Below, in pieces: positions 30,314-40,964 of a DNA stretch of 64,000 nucleotides; position 1 is the stretch's first letter, and the number at the start of each line of letters is the position of its first letter. The notes under the pieces were generated by a model. It did not search any database. It was not told where the DNA came from and saw nothing but the letters and a program-made list of their open reading frames with translations. The DNA comes from a virus (Duplodnaviria; Caudoviricetes): IMG/VR virus record IMGVR_UViG_3300030202_001345, positions 858-64,857 of that record, one strand, 5' to 3'. Made by a program: the position numbers and the translations under genes.

Positions 30314-31822
30314 TTAGATGCCTTTGAATAAAACAAAGTTGTTAGCAGCTTGCACACATAAACATCTTTCAGATAGGAAGTTTACTTCCATCGCATCAAG
30401 ATCAGATGTGAACGCTCCACCAACGGAACCTGTTAACCAAGACTTCATTCGTCTGTCGTCAGCTTGTGATGCTCTATATCTCACGTGTAGGAATGGTCGT
30501 CTAATGTTTGTACCTAAAATTTGGTCATAAACAGTAGATGTTCCAGCCGGTACTAATACACCGTCAATAGAACTTACACCGTATCCAACAACTGGAGCAG
30601 TCTCAATCGCACCTCTTGTAGAAGCGTCGTTTAAGTATTTCCAGTCTGTTTTATAGAAATCATAAGAACCTCGTCTAAAACCAGAGAATCCTAAGTTAAG
30701 TGCCATTTGCTCAGAGTTTTCAAATAAACCATAAGCAGTACCACCTTCGCCTCCAGCAGAAATACCAGCAAGCATGTCATCAAAAGATAATGCAGTTTCT
30801 CTGTTTAAGAAAAGCATGTTCTCTTCAATAGCACCTTGAGTATCTAAGTTTCTAAGAATAGAATCGAAAGAATCTAACTGAGAAACACCTCCAACAGGAG
30901 CAGCGTTAAACCCAACGTTAATGTTACCTCTATCTTCGATAGCAGCAAATAAACCTTGAGTACCTTTGAATCCAGCAGCAGCAGCAGATCCAGCAGGAGC
31001 ACCCGCAGCATCAGCTAACTCACCTTCAACAACAGACATTTCTAGATAATCTTCAAATCTAAGTCTTGTTTCAGACTCAGCTTTTAAATACCATAAATAT
31101 CCTGATGTTCCATCTTCAGTAGCTACTTCAACCCAACCGATCTGAGCAGTGTCAGAACCAGATACAACATATTTGTTTCTGATAATAATTGGTGAATTAG
31201 AAAACTGAGTAAATGATGGTGTTATACTTTGATAACCATTAACAGCACCTGCACCAGCAGTGTTGTTAGCGATAGAGCTTCCTTTTCCATACTCAGAACC
31301 TGAAACAAATATTTTAATATTTGTAGTTGCTAAGTTAGAAAGATCAGCCGCACCGTATACAGCTACAGTTAACGCACCAGTTGCAGTGTTACTTGCAGTA
31401 ACAACACCTTTAGCTTCTTGTCCAGTCTCGTCCATCATAACGATAGTTTGATTTGGAGATATAACGTTAGCTACAAAATCTTTAGGATCAGCTGGAGCTA
31501 GGTCTACAGGAATTGTTATTGTGTTTACTTGGTCGTTATCACAACCTTCGTAACCGATGTGTAATCTGTTTTGTTCTGACCAGATAACTTGGTCTGATGT
31601 CATTGGCATTTCAGCGCCTACCATTCTTAGGAAACCAGATAACGTTCGGTTACCGTATCTCTCTACTTCTTGTTCGTAGATTTCGGGTAGATATTGCTGA
31701 GCAAATGAATCAGAATCACCTGGATTTGCGCCTCCGTTAAACGACAAATAGTTAGAATCTAGTATTTGTTGTTTCTGAGACGGCTTGATTGTCCCGAATA
31801 ACGGGCTTACATTTTGACTCAT
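30314..31822 (-). CDS. Major capsid protein
   Basis: 502 aa after scaffold and portal; EVERYGNRT, WSEQNRLH, GTQGLFAAI, GFSGFRRGSYDFYKTDWKYLND, EVNFLSERCL. Confidence 0.85.
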   Translation of the reverse strand: MSQNVSPLFGTIKPSQKQQILDSNYLSFNGGANPGDSDSFAQQYLPEIYEQEVERYGNRTLSGFLRMVGAEMPMTSDQVIWSEQNRLHIGYEGCDNDQVNTITIPVDLAPADPKDFVANVISPNQTIVMMDETGQEAKGVVTASNTATGALTVAVYGAADLSNLATTNIKIFVSGSEYGKGSSIANNTAGAGAVNGYQSITPSFTQFSNSPIIIRNKYVVSGSDTAQIGWVEVATEDGTSGYLWYLKAESETRLRFEDYLEMSVVEGELADAAGAPAGSAAAAGFKGTQGLFAAIEDRGNINVGFNAAPVGGVSQLDSFDSILRNLDTQGAIEENMLFLNRETALSFDDMLAGISAGGEGGTAYGLFENSEQMALNLGFSGFRRGSYDFYKTDWKYLNDASTRGAIETAPVVGYGVSSIDGVLVPAGTSTVYDQILGTNIRRPFLHVRYRASQADDRRMKSWLTGSVGGAFTSDLDAMEVNFLSERCLCVQAANNFVLFKGI

Positions 31823-31827
31823 AATTA

Positions 31828-33027
31828 TTAATTTTTAATTGTTACTTTTTTGATTTTTAATTTTGAAGAATCAATACCACTTAGTGCTTTTACTTTTATT
31901 CCATTAACAAAAACCTCTCCACTCGCAGTTTTACGAGGCTCTTGGTCTATGTTCTTGGATTTAGCCATCATATCTCTTACAGCATCGGCTTTACCTTGCT
32001 CATAGAAATGACTTGCTATAGTATCAGCATTTTCCGCAGCGTATATAGCTTTGTGATAACCAGCCACATCTACCACGTTACCCTCTTTATCGAGAAACTT
32101 CTCAATAGTGTTGGCAACATTAGACTGTCTATCTGCAACAGCATTAGGGTTTTTAATATTATATCTAAATATTTTTTGGCCTAGTTTGAAATCAAAACCT
32201 TTGAATTCTGCGCCAAATAGATTTTTAGTACTGTGTTTAAAATCTTCATGTTGTCGGTTTGCTATATCTTTTTCTTCATTATAGCGGCTGAAAAAGTCCA
32301 TTGCTTTTTGTTGCTCTTGAGTAACGCCCGGTCTCAACTTGATCTCGTCGTAATATTTACTCTTTGCATTTTCTAAAAAGCCTTGTGCTTTTGCAACTTC
32401 TTCTTTAAACGCAATTTTTTTCTTGCGAATTTCTTTTGGTTCATCAACCTCTTCGTCATAATCAAAGTCTTCTAATAAAAGACTTACATCTTCATGATCT
32501 AAATGAGGTTTAGTTTGTTTATAATACTCTCTTATTAAAGCTGTATTATCAACACTAGAGTAGTCAGCATTTAATCTAACATAATCCTCTATATTACCAC
32601 CAGTATCCTCCATAAAGGAAACTAGTTTTTCAATATTTTCTGGTAAAGCTTTGCCTGCTACTTGATTATCTCTTATAGCTTCTTTTACTTCTTGCTCTAC
32701 TTTTTTTGTTTCTTCTTGTACCTGCTCCTCTGTTACTTCTTGGATAGGAAGCTCAACATTCGAGCTGGGCTCTTGTACTTGTTCTTCCACTTCAGGTATA
32801 TCTCTGGTTTGTTTATCTTCAACCAGTTCATCTGTTTTAGGCTCTGAAACGGCATTGTTTTCTTTTTTAATTTCAACTTTTGTAACCTCAGGAACAACTT
32901 CACCTTGAGCTTCTGGAGCTGTGTTAGGTATATCTACTTTAGTTACGTTATTAATTTTACCTAAGTTTTTAGGTTTTTTAGGTGTTTTAATTTTAAATTC
33001 ACCTTCTTGTTTTACTTGTTCTGACAT
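31828..33027 (-). CDS. Capsid scaffolding protein
   Basis: Acidic low-complexity N-terminus; HFYEQGKADA motif; lies between portal and MCP. Confidence 0.7.
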   Translation of the reverse strand: MSEQVKQEGEFKIKTPKKPKNLGKINNVTKVDIPNTAPEAQGEVVPEVTKVEIKKENNAVSEPKTDELVEDKQTRDIPEVEEQVQEPSSNVELPIQEVTEEQVQEETKKVEQEVKEAIRDNQVAGKALPENIEKLVSFMEDTGGNIEDYVRLNADYSSVDNTALIREYYKQTKPHLDHEDVSLLLEDFDYDEEVDEPKEIRKKKIAFKEEVAKAQGFLENAKSKYYDEIKLRPGVTQEQQKAMDFFSRYNEEKDIANRQHEDFKHSTKNLFGAEFKGFDFKLGQKIFRYNIKNPNAVADRQSNVANTIEKFLDKEGNVVDVAGYHKAIYAAENADTIASHFYEQGKADAVRDMMAKSKNIDQEPRKTASGEVFVNGIKVKALSGIDSSKLKIKKVTIKN

Positions 33028-33054
33028 AATATAATATAATAGTTAATAAATAAT

Positions 33055-35475
33055 TTATTGCGGCTCAAATTGTTCTAAGCCAAAGCCATCTAGATTATCA
33101 AATCCAGCTGACTCAAAGTTTGTAGGTAGCGTATCATTTTTTCTTTGATCAATCATTTGTGATTGTTGCGAACCTACTATTTTTACTCTTTTATCTTTAC
33201 GATCTTCTATTTCTTTTTCTTTAGTTTTAGCAGCTTGCATTTGAGCTTGAGCTAATTGTATATTGTAATTAAACTCTTCAGCCATTAAAAGCTTTTTAAT
33301 TTCAGCTTCTGTTTGCATGCGTTGTATTTCAAACTGAGATTTAGCTTGCTCTATTTGAACTTTAGATTCAGTTAAAGCTTGTTGTTTTTGCATTTCAGCT
33401 AAAGAAGCTGCCTCTGATGTTTCAGCATTAGCCTTAGCTTGAGCTTGTATATTCATCATTTGAGCTTGTTGATCTCTTTCTCTTTTCTTTTTCTGAGCTA
33501 TTTTTAATTTAGCATTAGCTAATTTAAGGTTTTTAATTGCTCTTAAATCTATAGCGTCAGATAAATCTATGCTTTGTTGTTGTAAAGCCATTTGAATGTT
33601 TTGCTCTAGCATAGCTTTTTCCTCTTCATCTGGTTCTAATTCTAAATATATACCAAACTCCATTAACTGTCTTTCCATTAACTCACCAAGAGTAGCTGTA
33701 TTAAACATAGATATTGAATCAACTAAAGCTTGTCTTGTTAAAGGAAAAGCTAATGCATCTGCTGCTCGCAGCGCTATGTTTTCACAATTACGTAAGGTTA
33801 AATATAAACAGGATTGTAGAATATGTCTTGTGGCTGTATTACTGTTAGCGGCTGCTAATTTTTGTAAACCAACCAACGATCCTATTTCAGGAGTACTAGC
33901 ATCTCTAGCCTCATTTAGCCCCGTCACATCTCTGATCATTTGTAAATAATACTGATAAGTTTGTATTAAGCTAGCTATTTTAGCATTACCACTACTTGTT
34001 TGTAGTTCTTGAATAGGTACCTTACCTCTGTTAGGATCACCCTCTTGTGTTAAACTTCTACCAACAATACTACCAGTCTGGAAGTACATGTTTAAAGCTT
34101 CTTGCGGGTTATAGTTTGTTCCATTACCTAGATCAACCTCTGCTAAACCATCAACATCTACAAAAACACCATCTGGTACCATACGTGATAACACTTGTTG
34201 TAATTTTAAATGTGTTATTTGTATCATATCAGCAAAGGCTGTAATACGACTAACTGTGGATTCTATTCTACCCTTATACATACGAGGAGCACATATGTTA
34301 TAGTTCATGTTTACTTTAGCTATATTACTCATTGGTCGAGTCATATTTTTTGCTAACTCCCATCTAAGCATTTTATTCATGCCTAGTATTTTTGCTCCTG
34401 AATACAAAACTTCTATTGACCTAGACGCTCTTTCAAAGTTATCATTTTTAGGAGGATTAAAAGTATCTGGTTTTTCTAATGCTTTTTCTAAACCATTTTC
34501 AGATCTTTTAATTTTAAAAACTTGATCTTGATATGTTTTATATTCAAAATATAAAATGTTTACAGTATTGTTATTATCATACTGACCATAGTAATTATTT
34601 CTAAAATTAGAATTACCAGGAAATTTTTCTATTTCTTTTAAATCTTCAGGCGTTAAATAAGAATATTGTTTTTTAAGTTCTTCTAAACTTATTTGTTTAA
34701 CTTCACCTACATAATATATATCCTCAAAATTAGGATCTTCAGTGTAAGAATAAACTAAGTTAGCAGGATCAACATACTCAACACCAATACCGTTAGCTAA
34801 ATTAAAACTAGTCTTACTACAACCTATACCTAATACAACTAAATCTTGAAGTAATCTTCTTTTAGTTAACTGGTATCTATTTCTTTGTAACACATTTTCT
34901 ATTAACTCTTCTTCTGCTATTTCTACAGATTGTTTATAGGTTAATTGCATGTGCAGATCAATCTCTTCTTGAGATTCAGGTAAAGAATCAGGATCTGTTA
35001 TTGTATAAAAATCTAAACCTGTTTTTTCTTTTGTTTCATTTAATAAATCTTTACCATACATATCACGCATTAAACCAGCTGCGTAATTTGTTCTTTGCTT
35101 TACAGACTCAGGGTCTTGAGCAAAAGCTTTTATATCATAAACTTTTGATGACATACCATTTACTAGTATATCAACAAACTTAGGTATAATAGGCACTGGC
35201 TTCCAATCAAGATTTAAATAGCTTAAGTCACCATTTATTGATAACTCATCTTTATATTTTTGTACTGACTGCTCTCCTCTAGCATATAATCTTAAAGAAT
35301 TAAAATACTGCCAGTTGTTTCCAAACCTGCCAGCTGCTCCAAGACCTCTATCACCAGCCCACCATTCACCTTCTATAGCCCTAGCAACTGCTAATCCATA
35401 TTCCATTGTGCTTTTCTCTTCATCTGGTACCACCTGACTAGGGAAAGAACTATTTGGATTTGTATATATATTCAT
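33055..35475 (-). CDS. Portal protein
   Basis: 806 aa after TerL; LRLYARGEQ, LDWKPVPIIPKFVD, IRDVTGLNEARD; Q-rich C-terminal barrel. Confidence 0.9.
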   Translation of the reverse strand: MNIYTNPNSSFPSQVVPDEEKSTMEYGLAVARAIEGEWWAGDRGLGAAGRFGNNWQYFNSLRLYARGEQSVQKYKDELSINGDLSYLNLDWKPVPIIPKFVDILVNGMSSKVYDIKAFAQDPESVKQRTNYAAGLMRDMYGKDLLNETKEKTGLDFYTITDPDSLPESQEEIDLHMQLTYKQSVEIAEEELIENVLQRNRYQLTKRRLLQDLVVLGIGCSKTSFNLANGIGVEYVDPANLVYSYTEDPNFEDIYYVGEVKQISLEELKKQYSYLTPEDLKEIEKFPGNSNFRNNYYGQYDNNNTVNILYFEYKTYQDQVFKIKRSENGLEKALEKPDTFNPPKNDNFERASRSIEVLYSGAKILGMNKMLRWELAKNMTRPMSNIAKVNMNYNICAPRMYKGRIESTVSRITAFADMIQITHLKLQQVLSRMVPDGVFVDVDGLAEVDLGNGTNYNPQEALNMYFQTGSIVGRSLTQEGDPNRGKVPIQELQTSSGNAKIASLIQTYQYYLQMIRDVTGLNEARDASTPEIGSLVGLQKLAAANSNTATRHILQSCLYLTLRNCENIALRAADALAFPLTRQALVDSISMFNTATLGELMERQLMEFGIYLELEPDEEEKAMLEQNIQMALQQQSIDLSDAIDLRAIKNLKLANAKLKIAQKKKRERDQQAQMMNIQAQAKANAETSEAASLAEMQKQQALTESKVQIEQAKSQFEIQRMQTEAEIKKLLMAEEFNYNIQLAQAQMQAAKTKEKEIEDRKDKRVKIVGSQQSQMIDQRKNDTLPTNFESAGFDNLDGFGLEQFEPQ

Positions 35476-37680
35476 TTACTTAATTATTTTTGACATATGT
35501 CCTTTATTATTATATTTTTTAAATCCTAAAGGACTTGATTGTACAACACGTTCTGATATTGGTCTATATCTATGTTTGTTACACGCCATTAACGCTAAAC
35601 CAGAGCTAATTGATGCATCATGTTTTGTTCTATTATTTATATTAAATCTAGCCCAGTCGTTTAATGTTCTTTGAAAATACATATTACCGTAACCTTGACT
35701 TAATAAACCCACGTGTTGTTCTATATATGTTTCTATAGCTGCTGCGTGAGCTTGCTTCATGTCTTCACTAGAGTTAGGTATACCACCTATTTCTCTTTCA
35801 GTAACTGATAACTTTAATTTATCAGGTCTATTCATACTAAAACCTCTATAACCTCTTCTTTTAAAATGATATAATAATCTAGGTTTATTGTTTTCTGCTA
35901 GTATTGGCATGCCATAAAAAATACAAGCCATTAATACATCTTCAAAAAATATTTCAGCTGTTTGAGGTCTAGCTATATACTCTAAAAAAAATTGATTTGG
36001 AGGCGCATCCTCCATACTAAACTTGGTTAAACCATGTAAAGCTCCATTGGATCCTCTTCTATCTACGGTTCCTGATATGTCATAACTATCACAACCAAAA
36101 GCACCTATGTGTTCGTTTCCAGGATATTTTAATCCTTTTTTTAATGCTACATTATTTTGTAGATGTAACGGTGGAACCCAACTAATTAAAAACCTACCGT
36201 CATTGTTTGGGTAAAAAATAACTCTTGTGTCTTGAGTTCCGTTTTCCCAACGAAAAGAACCTTTTGTTATTATGTTTGTATTTCTAATATCTTCATTGTA
36301 ATCAACTTGTTGATATATCTTAGTTAGATTAAATAAAGATGATTTTGCTTCATCTCTAAAAGCGTGTTGCTCAGTTCTTGGGAATTGTCTATAAAATTCA
36401 TTTAAAGCCTCTTGGTCTCCTTTTAATCCATCAACTTCATTTTGCCAATAATTTATTACACCTAAATTTATTTTATTCCCATGCGGCCCAATAGTTTCTT
36501 TTTTTGGATCTTCGAATACAGGTACGCCATAAGAATCAATGTATCCTTCGTAGTTCCATTCCATAGGTATGAACAAACTATATAATCCTGAGCGAGTCTG
36601 TCCATTGGCGTTTCTTTTTGTAACATCTGAGTCATAGTAAAGTTTTTTAAAGTTTTCTCCACCTTTGTCTAGCGCGTTGCTAGTTGATCCCATCATGCAT
36701 TTACCTACTACTCTACTACCTAATCTTAATGTTGTTTTCGTAACACGCCAGTTGTTGAGGATGTTGTTTGGCCTTTCCCACTTACCGGATTCGTCGTGAA
36801 CGAGGAGTTTAAGCTTCTCTCCATCATAGGAGTTGTCGCCGGTATTTTTCCAATCGATAGTGGTATCGAGTCCTGCAAGATCGGTCTTGGTCTCGTTGTT
36901 GTCGAGTTTCCTTCTTGTGAACTTGGATGCTGGTACCCTGTAGGCAAGCTCGGTCTTGGGACGGTCCATACCGTCCTGTATCGGTTTGAAAAAGAACGGG
37001 TAATTGACCGATATTGGGACGACTTTATCAGTGAACATTGTTTTTGCATCGGGCCCAGATTTGGACAATATTCCGTACCGTGAGTCGGAATTAATAGTTG
37101 CAAGATTAACCACTTCTCCTGAGGCCATAAACGAAAATCCTGATCTACGATTTTTAAGATAGCACATTCCATAACTTCTGGCGTCTGCTTTACAAGCTTC
37201 CCAGAAAATGTAGAATAATCTATTTGCTTCCCTAAAATCTGGTTTCCCAACATCAATCTTGGACCACTGCAGGTACATATAGTGAGTACCAGTAAGGTAA
37301 GTAGCCACATCTTTATTATAGAACCAAAAGCCCTGTTCTCTTCTAATAAATTCTTTATCAATGTAATCATACCAGTCTTCTTTAAATTCTATAGGATAAG
37401 TATCCCAGTCAAATCTTGTTTTTATTTTTTTTAACTCTTCAGGTATAATTGATCTACTCCACGTATTGTTATCAAATTTAACTACATCACTTTGTTTTGG
37501 TAACGCAATTTTTAAATTTTGTATTTCATACACATCACCAATCTCACCACTTTTACTTATAACTATAACATCGTGTTCTTCGTTATAACCATATTTCCAT
37601 TTTTTACCTCTATTTAGTTTTTTTAAAACATGAGGTTTAATGTGATCTTCTAGTACTTTATATAAATCTTGCTTATACAT
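35476..37680 (-). CDS. terL: Terminase large subunit
   Basis: LKNRRSGFS Walker A; LVHDESGKW Walker B; GSTSN; FGCDSYD nuclease; HDASISSG. Confidence 0.95.
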   Translation of the reverse strand: MYKQDLYKVLEDHIKPHVLKKLNRGKKWKYGYNEEHDVIVISKSGEIGDVYEIQNLKIALPKQSDVVKFDNNTWSRSIIPEELKKIKTRFDWDTYPIEFKEDWYDYIDKEFIRREQGFWFYNKDVATYLTGTHYMYLQWSKIDVGKPDFREANRLFYIFWEACKADARSYGMCYLKNRRSGFSFMASGEVVNLATINSDSRYGILSKSGPDAKTMFTDKVVPISVNYPFFFKPIQDGMDRPKTELAYRVPASKFTRRKLDNNETKTDLAGLDTTIDWKNTGDNSYDGEKLKLLVHDESGKWERPNNILNNWRVTKTTLRLGSRVVGKCMMGSTSNALDKGGENFKKLYYDSDVTKRNANGQTRSGLYSLFIPMEWNYEGYIDSYGVPVFEDPKKETIGPHGNKINLGVINYWQNEVDGLKGDQEALNEFYRQFPRTEQHAFRDEAKSSLFNLTKIYQQVDYNEDIRNTNIITKGSFRWENGTQDTRVIFYPNNDGRFLISWVPPLHLQNNVALKKGLKYPGNEHIGAFGCDSYDISGTVDRRGSNGALHGLTKFSMEDAPPNQFFLEYIARPQTAEIFFEDVLMACIFYGMPILAENNKPRLLYHFKRRGYRGFSMNRPDKLKLSVTEREIGGIPNSSEDMKQAHAAAIETYIEQHVGLLSQGYGNMYFQRTLNDWARFNINNRTKHDASISSGLALMACNKHRYRPISERVVQSSPLGFKKYNNKGHMSKIIK

Positions 37681-37952
37681 TACGTAGATCTTCCTTCTGC
37701 AAACCCTTTAAAACTTCTTTCTTTAGTTTTTTTAGGTTTTTCATTTAATAAATTTTCTTCTTCTTGTATGCGTTGTAGTATTTCAAACGCATCAAATATA
37801 GCTAACTTTTTTGTAGCTGCTGCGTTTTTTAAACGATCAGCTGATATGTCATCGTCTGAATCTACAATAGGTTCTTTAGCAACCTTAATTAACTCATCAA
37901 CTGCTTTTTGCCCAGCTTGGATTATACTCTTCTTCGTTTCCTTTATATTCAT
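37680..37952 (-). CDS. Putative terminase small subunit
   Basis: 90-aa helical protein abutting terL; RLKNAAATKKLAIFDAFEIL. Confidence 0.45.
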   Translation of the reverse strand: MNIKETKKSIIQAGQKAVDELIKVAKEPIVDSDDDISADRLKNAAATKKLAIFDAFEILQRIQEEENLLNEKPKKTKERSFKGFAEGRST

Positions 37953-38502
37953 ATTTAATTAAAATGTCATCAACGTCTAAACAATATAATCGTTGATTAT
38001 TTATTATAAACTCAAATTCACGATTGTTAGGAAAGCCAACAAGATCTCCCTCGTTTATTCCCTGCACTTCTAAGAGCTTATTACCGTGTTTAAGTATACC
38101 AACATTCTTTTGCTCTTTTTCAAGCGTTAGATTGTTATTATTTTTAATAGGCATAACGAAACATCTAGTACCAAACGAGTGCCATTTAACAACACGTTTA
38201 TAAAGATATATTTGATCGGGTTGACAAAAAAACATATCCTCTTTAAATTTCTTACTACTGTCTACAGCTTCACCTTTAACATTATAGTATCTTCTAAAAA
38301 CATTGTGATGTATAATAACCTCATCTCCCTCTTCTATAACAGTATTGTAAGCTGTTGGTACATTCATAACAACTGCTTTTCTATTTATAAACTTAAACTT
38401 TTCTATACTACTATTTAGTATTAAGTCTTTGTCTTCTACTTTTATAGAATTATCATATCGATCACCTATCGGTTTAACGATAAAATTCCAAACACTTTTC
38501 AT
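37897..38502 (-). CDS. Tandem GroES-like protein
   Basis: Two GroES-like repeats (IEEGDEVIIHHN; INEGDLVGF..FIINNQRLY). Confidence 0.55.
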   Translation of the reverse strand: MKSVWNFIVKPIGDRYDNSIKVEDKDLILNSSIEKFKFINRKAVVMNVPTAYNTVIEEGDEVIIHHNVFRRYYNVKGEAVDSSKKFKEDMFFCQPDQIYLYKRVVKWHSFGTRCFVMPIKNNNNLTLEKEQKNVGILKHGNKLLEVQGINEGDLVGFPNNREFEFIINNQRLYCLDVDDILIKYEYKGNEEEYNPSWAKSS

Positions 38503-38738
38503 TAATATTGTAAATCATACTCAACAGATATAGCCATGTTAGAATTAAATTTTTTCCACGGTAATATTTCGTTGTTCTTTTTTATAAAAATGTTATAAGC
38601 GTTTTCTTCGTCTTTAATTATATCACTTATGATATGGTTTCCATAAACCTCTTGACCAACCGAGTAATGCATCGCATTGTCTTTGTATTCAGAACCTATG
38701 CTGATTTTTCTTATTTTAGATTCCACTTTCTTTTTCAA
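38502..38738 (-). CDS. Hypothetical protein
   Basis: IRKISIG..AMHYSVGQ; overlapping operon. Confidence 0.6.
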   Translation of the reverse strand: MKKKVESKIRKISIGSEYKDNAMHYSVGQEVYGNHIISDIIKDEENAYNIFIKKNNEILPWKKFNSNMAISVEYDLQY

Positions 38739-38958
38739 TTGGTGTGTAGGTACCGTTTGTTAAATCGATATTTACTGATCCATACTCTGCTTCTAATTCT
38801 TTTTTAGTTTCCTCTACAGCTTCATTTAAATTACCAAGCTTGTGAAGCATAGCGTGTTTTTGAGATGCTACACCACCTATTTGAATAAGTAGTTCTTTTA
38901 TTTCCTCTTGTTGTTTTACAACTTTTTCTAATTGTGCTTTTTTTATTTTTTTTGCCAT
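38716..38958 (-). CDS. Small coiled-coil protein
   Basis: ELEAEYGSVNIDLTNG C-terminal motif. Confidence 0.6.
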   Translation of the reverse strand: MAKKIKKAQLEKVVKQQEEIKELLIQIGGVASQKHAMLHKLGNLNEAVEETKKELEAEYGSVNIDLTNGTYTPIEKESGI

Positions 38959-38983
38959 TGTATTAAATTTAATTGATTATCTA

Positions 38984-39442
38984 CTATTTATTATTACTTA
39001 TACTTTTAAATTTTTCCGCTCCACGTGAACCAAAATAGGCTACATAAACAGTTACTAAAAGTGTTTTGAGTAAATCTACCCAACTTTTTTCTACACTAAA
39101 ACCCCATTCAAAACTATCTAATATTATAAACAATACCATAGATACTGTTAAAAATATAAGTGACATAGGTCTAGTGTTTTTACTTAACCATGAATCTGAT
39201 TTCATATCGCTAACCCAGCGTTTTGAAACCTCTTCCATCTCAACCATATCAAGCTCTAACAGCTTCATGGCTTTTTCTTTATCTTCTGGTGGTAACTCTG
39301 GATCGTTGTTTATTAAGTTTTTAACCACGCCTAACAAACCTTTATCTGGCATCACATCTCCTATGGCTTGTACAAGACCTGATTTACCTAATAAAAATTG
39401 TCCGACTTTAGTGTCTTTAAACTTTTTTCTTTTATCACTCAT
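38984..39442 (-). CDS. Holin-like membrane protein (3TM-holin type)
   Basis: SDSWLSKNTRP followed by two TM helices and AYFGSRGAEK. Confidence 0.65.
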   Translation of the reverse strand: MSDKRKKFKDTKVGQFLLGKSGLVQAIGDVMPDKGLLGVVKNLINNDPELPPEDKEKAMKLLELDMVEMEEVSKRWVSDMKSDSWLSKNTRPMSLIFLTVSMVLFIILDSFEWGFSVEKSWVDLLKTLLVTVYVAYFGSRGAEKFKSISNNK

Positions 39443-39639
39443 TACATTTTCTTTTCAATAACATACTTTGCGCCTGGAAATGTATAATCATAACCAGGAT
39501 ACATAACCTTAGTATATCCTCTATCATCAGTACCAAGCACTTTAAACTCAACACCTTTCATAGTAATATTACCTCCGGGAATAACGTTATATGGTTTGTT
39601 AACATCGGGACTATCTTTTTTATAACCCTTTAAACTCAT
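39442..39639 (-). CDS. Hypothetical protein
   Basis: ITMKGV..GTDD.G..KVMYPG.DY.FPG conserved-looking module. Confidence 0.6.
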   Translation of the reverse strand: MSLKGYKKDSPDVNKPYNVIPGGNITMKGVEFKVLGTDDRGYTKVMYPGYDYTFPGAKYVIEKKM

Positions 39640-39640
39640 A

Positions 39641-40954
39641 TTAATCGCATGGAGGACATGGAGGACAATTACCTTTACGCACGTTTCTCGCTGTCTTTTT
39701 GTCTTTTATTTTCTTTTTTGTTTTATCAACAAAATTACCTATAATTTTACCAATTTTAGGTAGTTTAACTTTCGCATCTACATCAGCATCAACACTAACA
39801 TTAACACCTCTTTTTTTCTTTTTAGTAAGATCATCAGATGATGAACTAGATAATGTTTCTGTCGATGAAGGTGTAACTTTTGTTTCATCATTAGTCATAT
39901 AACTTAGTGTGCCCGCAAAAGACTTGTTGTTTTGACCTGCTATATTTTCTTTTGGTTTGTTAAAACCTGAGCAACCTTCTGCATTAGGATTTTTTTCACA
40001 CCTAGATTTTTCTTTTTTATAGTATTCGTACGTTTCACCACCTATTTCATGAGCTTTTGGACCACCAGAACTTGCAGGTTTTTCGTAGTCATCTTGACTT
40101 ACGTTAGTTCTTGTACCACTACCATAATCAACAGTTACATTTTCTTCACTCCTATTTATAGGATTTGGATTTGATGCTTGCATAACTTTAGCCATACCAC
40201 TTCCTTCAGAAGATGCTAAAGCCATAATATTGCTTTTCATTTGGTAACCCATACCACTATTCATACCTACTTTAGCTTCAACTTTTCTAAAACCTGAGTT
40301 AATAAGATCTTGGTTTCTTTTGTTAAATACATCTTCGTTTTCAAACGTTTCTGTTTTTTCAACACCTGGTATAACTTCTGATTTTTCTGGAGTAACTGTA
40401 GTTATTTTACTAATTGTTTTTCTAGCAACTGGTTTTACTACTTCAGTTCTTTTTCCTGCAGTAACATCAATATCGGCGTCAACTTTAATTCCAGGTCCTT
40501 TAGGATTTTTAGCGTCTGCATAAGCAACCGCGTCATTACCTCTAATTCTTCTTTTCTTTTTATCGCCAACCGCAATACCGTGTTCTTGACTAGTTGTTAC
40601 GGTTTGACCTCTATACTGGCCATGCCCATCCATCATAGTAGAAGATGTAAACCCTCCGTCAGCTAATTTGTTAGCAGCGTCTTTCATAGCTTTTCTACCA
40701 CCGCTATAAAGATTTTTAACATTGTTACCAGCCGCAACATTATTAACACCGTCAATACCTCCAGCTATAACCTGCCCATCTTTTATTAATACGCTACCAG
40801 TTCCTTTTAATCCTTTTCGTATTTCTTTTTTAGCTTTAAAATACTTTTTTTCTCTTTGTCTTTGCTCTTTGTTTCCAAATATTGATCGAGCAAAATTACT
40901 TAATTGTTTAGGTCCTTCACCTTCGTGAGGAAGACCCTTCATTGTAAATGCCAT
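39641..40954 (-). CDS. Basic hypothetical protein (starts MAFTMKG, ends CPPCPPCD)
   Basis: Likely start at the internal ATG 40954 with an A-rich leader. Confidence 0.6.
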   Translation of the reverse strand: MAFTMKGLPHEGEGPKQLSNFARSIFGNKEQRQREKKYFKAKKEIRKGLKGTGSVLIKDGQVIAGGIDGVNNVAAGNNVKNLYSGGRKAMKDAANKLADGGFTSSTMMDGHGQYRGQTVTTSQEHGIAVGDKKKRRIRGNDAVAYADAKNPKGPGIKVDADIDVTAGKRTEVVKPVARKTISKITTVTPEKSEVIPGVEKTETFENEDVFNKRNQDLINSGFRKVEAKVGMNSGMGYQMKSNIMALASSEGSGMAKVMQASNPNPINRSEENVTVDYGSGTRTNVSQDDYEKPASSGGPKAHEIGGETYEYYKKEKSRCEKNPNAEGCSGFNKPKENIAGQNNKSFAGTLSYMTNDETKVTPSSTETLSSSSSDDLTKKKKRGVNVSVDADVDAKVKLPKIGKIIGNFVDKTKKKIKDKKTARNVRKGNCPPCPPCD

Positions 40955-40964
40955 AGTTTTAATT

